Shown here: piece by piece, positions 8,793 through 16,906 of the stretch
How the letters are laid out: the number at the start of each line of letters is the position of its first letter
How positions within the stretch are numbered: position 1 is the first letter of the stretch
Notes under the pieces: model-generated
Told to the model about the DNA's origin: nothing
Database searches by the model: none
What the model saw: the letters and a program-made list of their open reading frames with translations, nothing else
Source of the DNA: Acidobacteriota bacterium
Lineage (GTDB): Bacteria > Acidobacteriota > Vicinamibacteria > Vicinamibacterales > UBA2999
Direction of reading: 5' to 3'
Assembly (NCBI GenBank): GCA_021731165.1
Contig: JAKFXY010000074.1
Span: 2,861 to 66,860 of the forward strand
Length of the DNA: 64,000 nt
Position numbers and translations under genes: made by a program

Positions 8793-9099
8793 AACCCCTC
8801 CGCTCTCGCCGACTCATCGGCCTCACCGAGATCACCCGTAATAGCGAACCCCGAACAGTGAAGACCACTGTCAGCAGCCGCCCCGCGTCCGTTCGCCCGA
8901 ACGCGAACTGCCGGGATTCATTCTTGAACGGTGCCCCAGCTACCACGAGCGGGCGATTCAGAAAGACTTGCTCCGCTTCCGTCTGGCTGACCCGGTGACG
9001 CGTCCAGTTCTTCGACGCATTCCCCTCGTCCCATTGAAACCCCTCGATGGTCGGCAAGAACTCGGGACGAGATCCCACTGCAGGAGTATACGCCTGCAA
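8770..9099 (-). CDS. brnT: BrnT-family toxin (DUF497)
   Basis: FQWDEGNASKNWTRHRVSQTEAEQVF...VVFTVRGSLLRVISVRPMSRRER is the DUF497/BrnT signature. The start (TTG 9099 or a downstream GTG/TTG) is uncertain. Confidence 0.75.
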   Translation of the reverse strand: MQAYTPAVGSRPEFLPTIEGFQWDEGNASKNWTRHRVSQTEAEQVFLNRPLVVAGAPFKNESRQFAFGRTDAGRLLTVVFTVRGSLLRVISVRPMSRRERRGYGQASAS

Positions 9100-9150
9100 T
9101 ATACGCGACGCAACGAGTCGTAGCGACTCTGGAGTGCCGACCGATCAGCG

Positions 9151-9157
9151 GCCTAAC
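9151..9157 (-). other. attI-like core site GTTAGGC (minus strand)
   Basis: A perfect GTTRRRY heptamer lies between the intI remnant and the first cassette, about 50 nt upstream of brnT. Confidence 0.35.
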
Positions 9158-9200
9158 TACTATTCACCTGCAAGCGGCCGGCACGGGATTCGTCCCCGTA

Positions 9201-9224
9201 CGCTCGGTAATCCGGCACCGAGCG
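9201..9224. repeat. 24-nt hairpin, copy 1 (CGCTCGGTA-ATCCGGC-ACCGAGCG)
   Basis: 8-bp perfect stem CGCTCGGT/ACCGAGCG. Near-identical stem to the copy at 9309-9332. Confidence 0.6.
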
Positions 9225-9308
9225 CCCCGGTCATGACCCCATGTGCTTGATTCGGGGGGAGTTATAGATTCCTTGGCGGCAGCGCGTCAGCCAGGATATG
9301 CGCGTGGT

Positions 9309-9332
9309 CGCTCGGTAGCCGAATACCGAGCG
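9309..9332. repeat. 24-nt hairpin, copy 2 (CGCTCGGTA-GCCGAA-TACCGAGCG)
   Basis: Same stem as 9201-9224. It lies 17 nt downstream of the intI-remnant stop and could also act as its terminator. Confidence 0.6.
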
Positions 9333-9349
9333 GAAGAGCGGAACGATGC

Positions 9350-9612
9350 TCAGCCAAGCCCGTCAAAGGGACTGCGTACGCCCCGCCCACCTCGGTTGAG
9401 CACGTAGGTGTACACCATCGTCGTGCTGACGTCGCTGTGCCCCAGCAGTTCCTGAATCGTGCGGATGTCGCAACCGGCTTCGAGGAGGGGTGTCGCGAAT
9501 GAGTGTCTCAGGGTGTGACACGTCGCCGGCTTGGTCAGGCGGGCACGAAGTGCCGCATATGTATGGTGTGCCGCACCTGATCGAGGAGCTTCGGACGAAG
9601 AGGATCGGCCAT
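9350..9612 (-). pseudogene. intI: integron-integrase (IntI-type tyrosine recombinase) remnant with large internal deletion
   Basis: ATG 9612 gives [22 protein letters not shown], then a stop at 9535-9537. A different frame from about 9538 to 9350 reads [62 protein letters not shown]. Both ends match IntI N- and C-termini, and about 230 central codons are absent. Confidence 0.7.
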
Positions 9613-9822
9613 GCTGGGTCTAGGGCCGTTTCGCGAGCGAACACCGTGCCAGCGCCGCCGCGCCTGGATGACCGAATGAATCGCCAGATGGAGTCGTTCA
9701 ACGTCAGTACTTGTGCGATCCGCAGCCGCGCAGCCCATCGCGGAATCTTCCACGCCGAGGTATCGCGGAGTTCGCAGGGATAACTCACCGAGCGATGCTC
9801 CGACCTTCCGCTCTTGGGTTTA

Positions 9823-9850
9823 GGACTTGGGACTTGGGATCTGGGAATTG
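9823..9850 (+). repeat. 4 x 7-bp tandem repeat GGACTTG GGACTTG GGATCTG GGAATTG
   Basis: Read directly from the sequence. It ends 19 nt upstream of the nuoI ATG (9869). Confidence 0.7.
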
Positions 9851-9868
9851 ACCAGCTATGATCGAAGC

Positions 9869-10315
9869 ATGATTCGTCCGCTCCTCGTCGGCCTCGCCAC
9901 CACGTTCCGGCACATGTTCAGGAATAAGGTCTCGGTGAACTATCCGGATGAAAAGGTCCCGGTGTTTCCGAAGTACCGGGGCAAACAGGTGCTGATGCGT
10001 GACGAGAACGGGTTGGAGAAGTGCGTGGCGTGCGGTCTGTGCTCGGTGGCCTGTCCGGCCGACGCGATTTATCTCGAGGCCGCCGAGAACGACGGGACGG
10101 TCATGGCCGGCCCGCGGTACGCCAAGGTCTATCAGATTCACAAGACGCGGTGCATCTTCTGCGGCTACTGCGAGGAAGCATGTCCGGTCTCGGCCATTTT
10201 CATGGGGAAGGACTACGAGCTGGCCGTCTACAGCAAGGACGACTTCATCTGGGACAAGGCAGACTTGCTGGTCATGGCGCAGACAAACGCCAAGACCCCC
10301 GCGGCCACGCGCTAG
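9869..10315 (+). CDS. nuoI: NADH-quinone oxidoreductase subunit I-like 2x[4Fe-4S] protein
   Basis: MIRPLLVGLATTFRHMF...VNYPDEK N-terminus. Two CxxCxxCxxxCP motifs (CVACGLCSVACP, CIFCGYCEEACP). No other nuo genes in the window. Confidence 0.7.
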   Translation: MIRPLLVGLATTFRHMFRNKVSVNYPDEKVPVFPKYRGKQVLMRDENGLEKCVACGLCSVACPADAIYLEAAENDGTVMAGPRYAKVYQIHKTRCIFCGYCEEACPVSAIFMGKDYELAVYSKDDFIWDKADLLVMAQTNAKTPAATR

Positions 10316-10352
10316 TCGGCCCGACCGCCGAGCCCTACCGGCGCGAATCTGA

Positions 10353-12188
10353 ATGAAACCTTTTCTTGAAGCCCTTGGTGAGCGTGTTCTCGTCTGCGAC
10401 GGCGCGATGGGGACGATGCTCTATGCCAAGGGTGTGTTCATCAATCGCTGTTTCGACGCACTGAACCTGACCGACCCTGACCGTGTGGCGGAGGTCCACC
10501 AGGACTACATCCGCGCCGGCGCCGACGTCATCGAGACCAACACCTTTGGCGCCAACCGCGTGAAGCTGCGCGGCTTCGGCCTGGCTGACAAGCTCAGGGA
10601 CATCAACCTCGAGGGGGCACGGATCGCGAGGAATGCCGCGCGCGGCCGCGCCTACGTGGCGGGGGCCATCGGGCCGCTCGGCATTCGCATCGAGCCGTGG
10701 GGAAAAACAGGAAAAGACGAAGCGGAATCCTGGTTTCGCGAGCAGGCGCAGGCGCTGGTGGACGGCGGCGTCGATCTCTTCATCCTCGAGACGTTCCGCG
10801 ATCTGAACGAGATGGGCGCCGCCATCGCGGCCGTGCGCAGTGTGTGTGATCTGCCCATCGTGGCTCAGATGACGACCGAAGAGGATGGCAACAGTCTCGA
10901 CGGCACGGCCCCGGAGCAGTTCGCGCCCGCGCTCGTGCGGCTCGGTCCAGACGTCATCGGCCTGAACTGCAGCATCGGGCCCGCCCCGATGCTCGAGACC
11001 ATCGAGCGGATCCGTTCGCTCGCCGATGTGCCGCTGGCCGCGCAGCCCAACGCCGGCCGGCCGCGCGATATCGAGGGACGCAACATCTACCTGACGTCGC
11101 CGGAGTACATGGCGTCCTACGCGCGACGCTTCGTGGCCAGCGGAGTCCGCCTCGTTGGTGGGTGCTGTGGGACCACGCCGGAGCACATTCGTCAGATCAA
11201 GCTGGCAGTGACCAAGGCCGCGGCGACGGAGAAGCCCCGAGCGGCCGGTACCGCCGTGTCCCCGTCGGTCGCCGAACCGGCGGTGCCTTCCGTGCCGGTG
11301 CGGGAGCGCTCGCAGCTTGCGCGCGCGTTCAGCGAGCGGCGGTTCACGACGTCAATCGGCCTGCTGCCGCCCAAGGGGTATCGAGGCGACGAGGTCGTCG
11401 AGCAGGCGCGGATGCTCAAGGCCCATGGCGTGGATGCCGTGCACATCTCCGAGGGGCAGCGCGGCGCGCGGATGAGCGCACTGTCGCTTGCGGTGCTCAT
11501 CGAGCAGCGTGCGTCGATTGAAACGGTGCTCCATTACTCGTGCCGCGACCGCAGTCTCCTGGGGATGGAGTCCGACCTGCTCGGAGCGCACGCGATGGGA
11601 ATTCGCAACCTGGTGCTCGTCACCGGCGACGTACGGCCCGTCGGGGACTATCCGGATGCGACGGCAGTCTTCGACGTCGATTCCATCGGCTTGACGAACG
11701 TCGTGCGGCGGCTCAACCAGGGACTCGACATTGGCGGGCAGGGGATTGGCAGCCCGACTGCGTTCCACATCGGTGTCCAGGTGAATCCCGGCGCGGACGA
11801 TCTCGATAACGAAATCAGGCGGTTCGAGTACAAGGTTGAGGCTGGCGCGGAGTTCGTGGTGACCAGGCCGGTCTTTGACCTCGGGACGTTCGAGAGGATC
11901 TACCGGCGGCTCGAAGGTGCCGGATTGCCGGTCGTGGTGGGCCTGTGGCCCTTCGACAGCGTGCTGAACGCGGAGTTCATGGCCAACGAAGTGCCTGGAA
12001 TTTTCGTGCCCGACGGGGTGCTGGACCGCATGCGGAGCACTCGTGACGCGCGCGGTGCCGCCGCCGAGGGTGTGGCTATCGCGAAGGAGCTTGCCGTGGC
12101 CCTCAAGTGGACGGTTCAGGGGGTCCACATCGCGGCGCCCGCTGGCAGGATTGATGCTGCGCTCGAGGTACTGGCCGGTGTACGGTAG
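10353..12188 (+). CDS. bifunctional homocysteine S-methyltransferase / 5,10-methylenetetrahydrofolate reductase
   Basis: N-terminal Hcy-binding domain with the zinc Cys motif VGGCCGTTPEHI. The C-terminal ~290 aa are MTHFR-like (HYSCRDR..., VTGD). Confidence 0.8.
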   Translation: MKPFLEALGERVLVCDGAMGTMLYAKGVFINRCFDALNLTDPDRVAEVHQDYIRAGADVIETNTFGANRVKLRGFGLADKLRDINLEGARIARNAARGRAYVAGAIGPLGIRIEPWGKTGKDEAESWFREQAQALVDGGVDLFILETFRDLNEMGAAIAAVRSVCDLPIVAQMTTEEDGNSLDGTAPEQFAPALVRLGPDVIGLNCSIGPAPMLETIERIRSLADVPLAAQPNAGRPRDIEGRNIYLTSPEYMASYARRFVASGVRLVGGCCGTTPEHIRQIKLAVTKAAATEKPRAAGTAVSPSVAEPAVPSVPVRERSQLARAFSERRFTTSIGLLPPKGYRGDEVVEQARMLKAHGVDAVHISEGQRGARMSALSLAVLIEQRASIETVLHYSCRDRSLLGMESDLLGAHAMGIRNLVLVTGDVRPVGDYPDATAVFDVDSIGLTNVVRRLNQGLDIGGQGIGSPTAFHIGVQVNPGADDLDNEIRRFEYKVEAGAEFVVTRPVFDLGTFERIYRRLEGAGLPVVVGLWPFDSVLNAEFMANEVPGIFVPDGVLDRMRSTRDARGAAAEGVAIAKELAVALKWTVQGVHIAAPAGRIDAALEVLAGVR

Positions 12189-12282
12189 GCACGGCCGATG
12201 GGAGCCGGGGCAGATGAGGTATATTGCGACGTCCCTGCTACGACGAGCGGCCCGGGCGCGTTTCGGAAAGGACCTCCACTAG

Positions 12283-12969
12283 ATGGCGCTCTTTGAGCGA
12301 GATACCGAGGATTTTGGCACCGACGTTGCGACCCGCGCCCTGTCAGTGACCGCCGTCGAGAACGACTTCGTCGAACGCGTCTACGAAAAGCAGGCCAAGG
12401 TCTACGACCTGTTCTTCGGCCCCGCCCTGCATCCGGGGCGCCTCATCGCGATCGACCGCATGGGGCTCAAGTCCGGCGACCGCATTCTCGAGGTCGGGGT
12501 CGGCACCGGCATCAACACGGCGCTTTATCCGCGCGACTGTCACATCACGGGCGTTGATTTCTCCGCGCCCATGTTGGAGAAGGCTCGTGAGCGCGTGGAG
12601 CGTCAGGCGCTCCGCCACGTGCGCCTGCTGGAGATGGACGCCGCGCGACTGACCTTCGCGGACAACTCATTCGACGTCGTCTATGCGCCGTACCTGATCA
12701 GCGTCGTGCCGGATCCCGTGCAGGTCGCGCGCGAGATGCGCCGCGTCTGCCGACCGGGCGGCAAAATCATCGTGCTCAATCACTTCCGGAGCGCGAACGC
12801 GCTCCTCTCGCGCATCGAGCGCGCGCTTTCCCCGTTCACGGTCCACGTCGGCTTCAAGTCGGATCTCGATCTGCCGGCGTTCCTCGCGCAGGCGGAACTC
12901 AAGCCGGTGTCGATCGAGAAGGTGAACCGGCCGAAGATCTGGTCGCTCGTGACGTGCGTGAAGGACTGA
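12283..12969 (+). CDS. class I SAM-dependent methyltransferase (PmtA-like?)
   Basis: Motif I ILEVGVGTGIN. The N-terminal YEKQAKVYDLFFG block resembles small lipid N-methyltransferases; that assignment is tentative. Confidence 0.65.
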   Translation: MALFERDTEDFGTDVATRALSVTAVENDFVERVYEKQAKVYDLFFGPALHPGRLIAIDRMGLKSGDRILEVGVGTGINTALYPRDCHITGVDFSAPMLEKARERVERQALRHVRLLEMDAARLTFADNSFDVVYAPYLISVVPDPVQVAREMRRVCRPGGKIIVLNHFRSANALLSRIERALSPFTVHVGFKSDLDLPAFLAQAELKPVSIEKVNRPKIWSLVTCVKD

Positions 12970-14139
12970 TCAGAATTTCGCCTTCGGTCGTCCCCGCGGT
13001 TTCTTGGGCGGCTTGTCCAACGCCTTGAGGAGGAGGTCGGCGGCGACATCGGCGCCGTTGGTCTCGGGCTTCTTCTTGATCTTCGGCTGCGCCAGCAACT
13101 TGTCGAGCTGGCCTTCCCATTTCCCGCCAAACAGATCGTCCTGGCTGATGAACGCGCTGCGGAGATACTTCGGCATCTCCTCGACGAGGACGTCGTACTC
13201 GGGGAAGTGGCCGCGCGAAGTGTAGAGTATCGCCGCGTCGTTGGCGATGCATTCCGAGATGATCCCGTAGCCCGGCTTGGTGACGACGGCTTCGGCGGCG
13301 CCGACGAGGTCCTCGTAGCGCACTCCGGCGTTGTACATCGCCTCTTCGTTCACGCTGACGAACGAGCCTTTCCGCTCGGTTGGAGGCGTGTCTTTTCGGC
13401 CGCGGCCGACAGGCAAGTTGGCCGTTGTCACCACGGTGTACTTCTTGAACTTGGCCAGCACGTCGGTGTCGAGCCCGGGTAAGCCGTATCCACCGAAGGA
13501 GACCAGCACGAGCGGCTTGTCCGACGGCAGCTTGAGCAGCTTGCAGACTTCCGCGCGCGTCCGCGTGGCGTGCCGCGCGATGAAGGGAATGTCCTTGACG
13601 TTGTTGAAGGTCTCGAAACCGCCCGACATCGGGAGCCGCAGTGCCATCGAGCCTTTGCTATAAGCGGTACGAATCGCCGGCAGGAGCGACGGGGCGAGCC
13701 TCACACGTGGGTAGTCGGCGTAGATCCAGTCCCAGGTGAAGTTGCCGAGCCCGATGGAAGGGATCCCCGCCGATGCACCCACCGAGAAGGCCAGCGGGGG
13801 GAGATCGCCGACGATGAGCCCGGCGCCCAGCTCGCGCAGCACGCGGGTCTCGCTGGCGGCACGTGTCACGAGGTCGCTGTGGAAGGCCCAGGCCCGGCGA
13901 ATCGTGTCCGCCTCGTCGAGGCTCAGGGCGTCGATCTGGACGACACCGGTGTCGCACTCGAGCGTGCTGTAGGTGACCTTGCCCTTGACGCTGAGGTCAA
14001 AGAGCCACCGGGGCGCAGAGGTTCTGACGCCGATGCGCGTTTCCGGACGCTTGACCAGGATGGCGTTGATGACCTCGATACATCGTGAGGCGTGCCCGAA
14101 TCCATGGCCGGATACGTAGAAGACAATCGCTGCTGCCAC
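12970..14139 (-). CDS. GT-B fold glycosyltransferase (MurG/UGT-like)
   Basis: The start was moved to GTG 14137-14139, which overlaps the lon stop by one base (TAGTG), giving [19 protein letters not shown]. The longer track ORF would overlap lon by about 280 nt. Confidence 0.5.
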   Translation of the reverse strand: MAAAIVFYVSGHGFGHASRCIEVINAILVKRPETRIGVRTSAPRWLFDLSVKGKVTYSTLECDTGVVQIDALSLDEADTIRRAWAFHSDLVTRAASETRVLRELGAGLIVGDLPPLAFSVGASAGIPSIGLGNFTWDWIYADYPRVRLAPSLLPAIRTAYSKGSMALRLPMSGGFETFNNVKDIPFIARHATRTRAEVCKLLKLPSDKPLVLVSFGGYGLPGLDTDVLAKFKKYTVVTTANLPVGRGRKDTPPTERKGSFVSVNEEAMYNAGVRYEDLVGAAEAVVTKPGYGIISECIANDAAILYTSRGHFPEYDVLVEEMPKYLRSAFISQDDLFGGKWEGQLDKLLAQPKIKKKPETNGADVAADLLLKALDKPPKKPRGRPKAKF

Positions 14140-16505
14140 TAAGGTATTTTCGTCCCGTCTGGGAATGCGACCTTGATCACCTGTTCGAGGGTTTCCGCTG
14201 GCACGAAGGTCATGTCGCGCCGCAGTTCCTCGGGCAGCTCCGCGAGGTCGGGTTCGTTGAGCGCCGGCAAGATAAACGTTTTGATCCCAAACCGCCGCGC
14301 CGCGAGCGCCTTCTCGCGAATGCCGCCGACCGGGAGGACGAGCCCGCTGAGCGTGATCTCCCCGGTCATCGCCACATCCTGACGCACAGGGATGTTCCGC
14401 GCCGCCGAGAGAATCGCGCACGCAATGGTGACGCCAGCGGAAGGGCCATCCTTCGGAATGGCACCGGCCGGGACGTGCACGTGCAAATCATGCTTTGCCA
14501 GGAATTCTGGAGAAAGTCCCACATCCTGAGCCCGGGCGCGCAAGTGGCTGAGCGCGGCCCGCGCCGATTCCTGCATGACGTTGCCGAGCTGACCCGTGAG
14601 AATGATGTTCTGGTTCCCGCCAGGAAGCAAGGTGGCTTCGATAAAAAGTACGTCCCCGCCGACTTCCGTCCAGGCAACACCGGTCACCACGCCTGGCCGG
14701 GAGGTGCGGAACGCCACCTCCTTCCTGAACCGAGCCAGGCCGAGGTAGTCATCTACCTGATCCTTGTCGATCAGGGTCTTCTCGGGCGACTTCTCGGGGG
14801 AGTTGGGGTCAGGGGAGTGAGTCGCGAACTTCGCGGCCACTTTGCGCATGATTGCGCCGATCTGGCGCTCGAGGCTTCTGACCCCCGCCTCTCTCGTGTA
14901 CTCGGACACGACCAGTCGCAGGGCCGCGTCCGTGATTTCCACGGTGCCCGGCAGAAGGCCATGTTCAGTCATCTGACGTGGAATCAGATAATTACGGGCG
15001 ATGTGAGCCTTCTCTTCCTCGGTGTAGCCGCTGAGGGAGATGATTTCCATCCGGTCCAGCAGCGCCGGGTGAATCGTGCCGAGCTGGTTCGAGGTGGCAA
15101 TGAACAGCACCTTCGACAGGTCCACGGGCACTTCGAGGTAGTGGTCGCGGAAAGAGTGGTTCTGGGCCGGGTCGAGCACTTCCAGGAGCGCCGCTGCCGG
15201 GTCCCCCTGGTAGCCCGCGGAGACCTTGTCGATCTCGTCGAGCATGAACACCGGATTCATGGAGCCCGCCTGTTTCAACGCCTGGACGATGCGGCCGGGG
15301 ATGGATCCGATGTAGGTGCGGCGGTGCCCCCGAATCTCCGCTTCATCCCGGATGCCCCCGAGAGAGATACGGACGAACTTCCGGCTCATGGCGCGGGCGA
15401 TTGACTGGCCGAGTGACGTCTTGCCGACGCCGGGGGGGCCGACGAAGCACAGGATCGGCCCCTTCATGTCGCCTTTCAGCTTCCGGACGGCGAGGTGCTC
15501 GACGATGCGCTCCTTGACCTTGTCGAGATCGTAGTGATCCTCGTCCAGTACTCTGCGGGCTTCGGCGAGGTCGAGCCGGTCCTCGGTGACCACCGGCCAG
15601 GGGATGTCGAGGACCCAGTCGACGTAGGTCCGCAGCATCTGGTATTCGGGCGAGGCCGGCGACATCCGGGCAAGCCGATCGACCTCGCGCATGGCCACCG
15701 TGTGGACCGACTCGGGCAGCTTCGCGTCCTCGATGCGCGTGCGGATCTCCGCGAGCTCGTTTCCCTCTCCCTCACCCAGCTCCTGCTGGATGGCCTTGAG
15801 CTGCTGCCGCAGGTAGTACTGCCGCTGCGCGTCGGTCATCTCTTGCTGGGTCTGCGACTCGATCTTGCCCTTCAGTTCCAGTAGGGAGACCTCGCGCGCC
15901 AGCGCTTCCGAGATCATCTGCAGCTTCTTGAGGAGATCGGTAGCCTCGAGGATGCCCTGTTTGTCGGCCGGTTTCATGTCGAGAAGCGTGGCCAGGACGT
16001 AGGCCAGGCGCAGCGGGTCCTCGATGCTCATGACCACGCCTCGCAGCTCCTCGGAGAGTCCCGTGGAGAGCGACAACGCCTTCTCGATGAGTTCCTGGAT
16101 TCTCCGTACGTGGGCGTCGATTTCAATCGTCCGCTCGTAGGACTCAGGCAGGGGTGTGATCTGGGCGCGCATCGACGTGCCCGTGCGCGTCATCACGTCG
16201 GCGCGGACGCGTGCCACCCCCTCGACGATGATGTTGATGCCGTTTGCGACCTTGGCCATCTGGCGAATCGTCGCCACCGTGCCGATGCGGCGCACATCTT
16301 CGGGGCTGGGGTCGTCTTCCTCGTTTTCCTGGAGGACGAGCAGGATCAGCCGGTCGGAGCCCAGAGCCCGGTTGACCGATTCGATCGACACCGGCCGGTT
16401 GACCGCCAGCGGCTGCAGCGTCATGGGGAACGTGACCGTGCGTCGCAGCGGGAGAACGGGGAGCTCCGCTGGAAGGGCGGGAGGCGTGGGGTCGGGCAAG
16501 CCCAC
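14139..16505 (-). CDS. lon: ATP-dependent Lon protease
   Basis: Lon N-domain, Walker A GPPGVGKT, and protease Ser motif [10 protein letters not shown]. 788 aa. Confidence 0.95.
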   Translation of the reverse strand: MGLPDPTPPALPAELPVLPLRRTVTFPMTLQPLAVNRPVSIESVNRALGSDRLILLVLQENEEDDPSPEDVRRIGTVATIRQMAKVANGINIIVEGVARVRADVMTRTGTSMRAQITPLPESYERTIEIDAHVRRIQELIEKALSLSTGLSEELRGVVMSIEDPLRLAYVLATLLDMKPADKQGILEATDLLKKLQMISEALAREVSLLELKGKIESQTQQEMTDAQRQYYLRQQLKAIQQELGEGEGNELAEIRTRIEDAKLPESVHTVAMREVDRLARMSPASPEYQMLRTYVDWVLDIPWPVVTEDRLDLAEARRVLDEDHYDLDKVKERIVEHLAVRKLKGDMKGPILCFVGPPGVGKTSLGQSIARAMSRKFVRISLGGIRDEAEIRGHRRTYIGSIPGRIVQALKQAGSMNPVFMLDEIDKVSAGYQGDPAAALLEVLDPAQNHSFRDHYLEVPVDLSKVLFIATSNQLGTIHPALLDRMEIISLSGYTEEEKAHIARNYLIPRQMTEHGLLPGTVEITDAALRLVVSEYTREAGVRSLERQIGAIMRKVAAKFATHSPDPNSPEKSPEKTLIDKDQVDDYLGLARFRKEVAFRTSRPGVVTGVAWTEVGGDVLFIEATLLPGGNQNIILTGQLGNVMQESARAALSHLRARAQDVGLSPEFLAKHDLHVHVPAGAIPKDGPSAGVTIACAILSAARNIPVRQDVAMTGEITLSGLVLPVGGIREKALAARRFGIKTFILPALNEPDLAELPEELRRDMTFVPAETLEQVIKVAFPDGTKIP

Positions 16506-16529
16506 AGTTTATCGTGGTACGCTTTCGTT

Positions 16530-16850
16530 GTGGACGAGCGTCAGTTCTTTACCGAGAAGCCCGAGCAGCGCCCCGCGCGATTTCAGTGCCCGCGCTGCCG
16601 GCGCACCAACGACTACAGCATCAGATGGATCCGCCGCACCAAGAAAGCGCAGATGCCTGGAGGCGGTGACGCGCGCGACCGCACGATCTTCGAAAAATCC
16701 AAGGACCACCTGATTCGCGTAGACACCGAAGTGGCCTGCAAGACCTGCGCGAAGCGTTTCGAGATTCCCTCGCACCGCACCCTCGTGTTCCTCGAGGAAC
16801 TGGAAGGTCTGCCGCGGGATGTGGAAGAGGACGAGGATGTAGAGGAGTAG
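16530..16850 (+). CDS. zinc-ribbon protein with acidic C-terminal tail
   Basis: GTG 16530. CPRC...CKTC pairs and the tail DVEEDEDVEE. Divergent from lon. No family recognised. Confidence 0.4.
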   Translation: MDERQFFTEKPEQRPARFQCPRCRRTNDYSIRWIRRTKKAQMPGGGDARDRTIFEKSKDHLIRVDTEVACKTCAKRFEIPSHRTLVFLEELEGLPRDVEEDEDVEE

Positions 16851-16906
16851 CAGCCTCGCGTCCGGGCGCTCGGCCGCGTGGCCTGGACTATACTGGCGGC
16901 ACTCTC

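Larger units (their letters stand above)
6068..9612 (-). mobile_element. degenerate chromosomal integron: truncated intI plus co-oriented array of about five cassettes
   Basis: An IntI-type recombinase remnant lies at 9350-9612 and a GTTAGGC core at 9151-9157 (minus). All small genes are on the minus strand in 0.4-0.7 kb units. Each unit is followed by an attC-like imperfect palindrome. Housekeeping genes lie on both flanks. Confidence 0.6.

Noticed and set aside
9363-9788. 141-aa ORF covering the intI remnant region
   Set aside because: It is an out-of-frame read-through. The IntI-like peptides lie in the two other frames (9535-9612 and 9350-9538).
12189-12282. Possible SAM or cobalamin riboswitch between the methionine-related gene and the methyltransferase
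   Set aside because: The 94-nt gap has no recognisable conserved riboswitch cores or multi-stem architecture.
12970-14421. Full 483-aa version of the glycosyltransferase ORF
   Set aside because: The first ~94 codons overlap the lon 3' end in another frame and are Arg/Gly-rich. GTG 14139, overlapping the lon stop, gives a normal GT N-terminus.
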